DNA of 64,000 nucleotides from Chthonomonas calidirosea (GTDB lineage Bacteria; Armatimonadota; Fimbriimonadia; Fimbriimonadales; Fimbriimonadaceae): NCBI GenBank assembly GCA_945859975.1, contig CAMAPH010000001.1, positions 1 to 64,000 of the forward strand, read 5' to 3'. Shown piece by piece: positions 61,405 to 64,000 of this stretch (position 1 is its first letter; each line of letters starts with the position of its first letter). The notes under the pieces were generated by a model. It saw only the letters and a program-made list of their open reading frames with translations, ran no database searches and was not told where the DNA came from. The position numbers and the translations under genes were made by a program.

Positions 61405-61626
61405 TTAGAGCTCGGGTTCTCCGCGGCGTCGAACGCCGCCAACAGATCGATCCAATCGTTCAGACCCGCTGCCAGGATGAATCACCTCGTGATAGAGTTC
61501 GCGCAGCTCAAACATGGCTCGAATCCTTTCTTCCGGGGTCGCTGCCGCCCAGAATTCGCGGTCGTAAGAGCGGTCAGGATCTGAGACTCGCCCTTTTCCC
61601 CCAATCATTTGACCTCGTTCTGCCAC
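61405..61626 (-). CDS. Small hypothetical protein (FW...TPEER..A...LR motif)
   Basis: 73 aa; GTG 6 nt after TATACT. Confidence 0.7.
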   Translation of the reverse strand: MAERGQMIGGKGRVSDPDRSYDREFWAAATPEERIRAMFELRELYHEVIHPGSGSERLDRSVGGVRRRGEPEL

Positions 61627-61669
61627 AAAGTTAGTATACGACTCGGGGGAACCGTGCGATCAGCTCCAC

Positions 61670-62623
61670 TTAGTTCCGCGACGCCGCGTTCTCTTGCTCG
61701 GCACTGCGAGCGTCCATGTTCGGCAGATGCTCCGTCGCGAACGAACGCAGGTCCTTCGCGGCAAAATCGGCTCCTGCCGATAGGAAGCGCGCCGGATCCT
61801 GATTGACCATCGCGCCTCCTACGCCAATCGTATATGGCTGGCGACGGTCTCGGACGCGGACCAGTTCCTTCAGCAAAGCTTCGGTATCCGCCGCACTCTC
61901 CTCTGCGGCGCAGCTCAACAGAACCAAAGTTGGTCGGTGGTTGCGCACCGTGGTGATGAAGCTCTTGACCGGCACGTTGGCGCCGAGGAACAGCGTGCGC
62001 CATCCATGTAGGCGAAGGTAGTCGCCAATCATGCGAAGTCCGATGACGTGCCAAGAGTTCGGCGCGCAACCAAGAAGGGCAACCCGGCCGTGCCGACGCA
62101 TTGGCCCCATGATCTGCGAGGTTCGAGCCAACATTCGCTCCGTAACCGCGCTGGCCATGTGCTCCTGGGCCTCGTCAATCGCTTCGACCTTCCACCAGTT
62201 CCCAACCATCGTCATGGCGGGGGCCAACAAGTCCTCGTAGATTTCGATCAGTGAGACCTGCGCGCGGAATGCGGCGTCCATGATCTCGGAGCAAGTCTGC
62301 TCATCACCCTGAACTGCGGCTCGGGCGTACTCTTTGGCCAGTTCGCCCAGGTGCACGTCGGCTGCGCGCAACTCAGGCTGCGTGAATACGGAGTTCACAA
62401 TCGCTTCAATCTCTGGCGTAGCAAGGCTGTAATAGACCTGTCGGCCCGATTTGGTGGCTCGAACGATACCGCGTGCTCGCATTCGTGCGAGGTGGTTGCT
62501 CACGTTCGGCTGCTTCAGATCCGTGGCTTCACAAATTTCCGAGACGTTCCTATGCCCCGCTCGAAGCTCCGCCAGAATTTGGCGACGCGAAGTATCTCCG
62601 AGTTCTTCATAGACGTTTATCAT
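61670..62623 (-). CDS. ArsR/SmtB-type regulator fused to a CarH-like cobalamin-binding module
   Basis: LGDTSRRQIL...QPNVSNHL...GRQVYYSL wHTH; W-x9-EH (WKVEAIDEAQEH); H-x2-G-x41-S...GG Rossmann B12-binding motif. Confidence 0.9.
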   Translation of the reverse strand: MINVYEELGDTSRRQILAELRAGHRNVSEICEATDLKQPNVSNHLARMRARGIVRATKSGRQVYYSLATPEIEAIVNSVFTQPELRAADVHLGELAKEYARAAVQGDEQTCSEIMDAAFRAQVSLIEIYEDLLAPAMTMVGNWWKVEAIDEAQEHMASAVTERMLARTSQIMGPMRRHGRVALLGCAPNSWHVIGLRMIGDYLRLHGWRTLFLGANVPVKSFITTVRNHRPTLVLLSCAAEESAADTEALLKELVRVRDRRQPYTIGVGGAMVNQDPARFLSAGADFAAKDLRSFATEHLPNMDARSAEQENAASRN

Positions 62624-62765
62624 ATTGACCTTGACATATTACAATACGCGTGACTGATATGTTTCGTCATAAAAAATTACTGAAGAATAAATCTGAGGGT
62701 CTAAAGGTAACCATGCCGGTAAAATAGCTGTAAATCCCAGGGAGAGATTCTCTCAAAGGCGAGCT

Positions 62766-63878
62766 ATGTATCTATCCATCCATCCCGAAGAATCAACCTT
62801 TCTAGATCGAGTCCGCGAGTTCGTCGCGAATGACGTTCTACCAAACACCCGAAAATGGGAAGAGCAAACAGGTTTCGACGACGAAATCTGGGAGAAGCTC
62901 GGCACCGTCGGTCTGCTCAAGATGGGCCTGCCCGTCGATCAAGGCGGCGTCAGCTGTGCCGCATATTGCGAAGCGATTCGTGAACTTGCGAAGGGCGACC
63001 CTGCGTTGGCAATGAACGTCGCGGCCATCAATGCTCTCGTCGTTGCTCACATCGTAGCGTTTGGCACCCAAGAGCAGAAAGAAAAGTACTTGGCCGATGT
63101 CACCGCTGGCCGCGTGAAGGTCGCTTGGGGACTCACCGAGCCAGACGCCGGATCGGATGCGCGCCGAGTCAAGACCGTCGCCGAACCGATCGAAGGTCGA
63201 GATGGCTTCTACAACATCACCGGGCGAAAGATGTTCATCACGAACGGCGGCAAAGCCGATCTGATTGTGATCATCGCGCGAACCTCCGAAAAAGAGCTCA
63301 GCGCGTTCCTCCTGGAAACCAATCAACCTGGATTCACCCTCGAGAAGCGAATTCACACCGTCGGCGTTTCTGCCTCGAACACCGTTCAGTTCGGCTTAAA
63401 CAACGCCGTTGGCTGGCACACGCCATGTAAGTTCGAAGAAGCGATCGGCTTGCTCTACCGGGGTCGACTTGGCATTGCCGGAATGGCGGTCGGAATCGCT
63501 GAAAAGGCTCACGAACTGGCTGTCGAGTACTCCAAGCAGCGCGAACAGTTCAATCGCCGGCTCTGCGATATGCAGAGCGTGCAGAACATGCTCGCTGACA
63601 GCGAAGTCGAAGTCGAAGCCGCCCGCTTGTTGCTCCAAAAAGGAGCCCAGCTCTTCGACATGGGTCTTCCGATCATCAAGGAAAGCTCCATCGCCAAGCT
63701 TTACAGTAGCGAGACCGCAAATCGCGTGACCAACCGAGCGGTCCAGATTCACGGCGGTCGAGGCATGACCCGCGAGTTCCTCGTTGAGAAGCTTTGGCGA
63801 GATGCCAAGCTCACCGAAATCGGCGAAGGCTGCTCAGAAATCCAGCGGATGGTCATCGCCAAACAGATCACGAAGTAA
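62766..63878 (+). CDS. Acyl-CoA dehydrogenase
   Basis: LTEPDAGSD, GRKMFITNG, REQF, QIHGGRG, IGEGCSEIQR. Confidence 0.95.
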   Translation: MYLSIHPEESTFLDRVREFVANDVLPNTRKWEEQTGFDDEIWEKLGTVGLLKMGLPVDQGGVSCAAYCEAIRELAKGDPALAMNVAAINALVVAHIVAFGTQEQKEKYLADVTAGRVKVAWGLTEPDAGSDARRVKTVAEPIEGRDGFYNITGRKMFITNGGKADLIVIIARTSEKELSAFLLETNQPGFTLEKRIHTVGVSASNTVQFGLNNAVGWHTPCKFEEAIGLLYRGRLGIAGMAVGIAEKAHELAVEYSKQREQFNRRLCDMQSVQNMLADSEVEVEAARLLLQKGAQLFDMGLPIIKESSIAKLYSSETANRVTNRAVQIHGGRGMTREFLVEKLWRDAKLTEIGEGCSEIQRMVIAKQITK

Positions 63879-63941
63879 TTCTCATCCCGAGCGGTGAGAT
63901 TTCTGCGGCGATGGCGCAAATGCTAGGCTATCATGTCTGGC

Positions 63942-64000
63942 ATGAGCCCCATCGCCGTTCTTGCTTTTCTGAGCGTATTCCCGTTCCAACAGACTCCGGC
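63942..64000 (+). CDS. 5' end of an exported protein (runs off window)
   Basis: MSPIAVLAFLSVFPFQQTP signal-like sequence; TATCAT 7 nt before the ATG. Confidence 0.5.
   Translation, partial: MSPIAVLAFLSVFPFQQTP

Noticed and set aside
51099..62623. A unified cobalamin island linking the riboswitch-pilin, the 56.6-kb protein and the B12-binding regulator
   Set aside because: They are separated by unrelated housekeeping genes in mixed orientation; proximity alone is not evidence

Overview
Bacterial chromosomal segment, most likely from a member of Armatimonadota (Fimbriimonas-like). This is inferred from the '[28 protein letters not shown]' prepilin/H-X9-DG protein, the 'GLGARGID' RHS core and the short signal peptides ending in Q. 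Most of the window is housekeeping: a fragmented complex I (5' end of nuoG at the left edge; nuoH-J-K-L-M-N without nuoI), rpsO-pnp, argG, gpsA, trhO, msrB, a sufC-sufD-orf-sufS-sufU...sufT-rrf2-iscA Fe-S cluster lacking sufB, thrC-thrB, fucI, acyl-CoA metabolism genes and infC-rpmI-rplT. The first ~4.3 kb is an accessory island of decayed RHS toxin/immunity modules and small orphan genes. It is interleaved with several kinds of structured repeat: paired hairpins with compensatory changes, a REP-like palindrome, and 10-bp-period arrays flanking a 13-bp inverted repeat. The strongest novelty candidates are (i) a cobalamin riboswitch controlling a stand-alone type IV pilin-like (DUF1559/H-X9-DG) gene, (ii) an ArsR-type DNA-binding domain fused to a CarH-like adenosylcobalamin photoreceptor module with an intact W-x9-EH motif, and (iii) the repeat-bracketed cassette architecture of the RHS island. 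No rRNA, tRNA or CRISPR array was seen. All calls come from motif recognition by eye; no database search was run.
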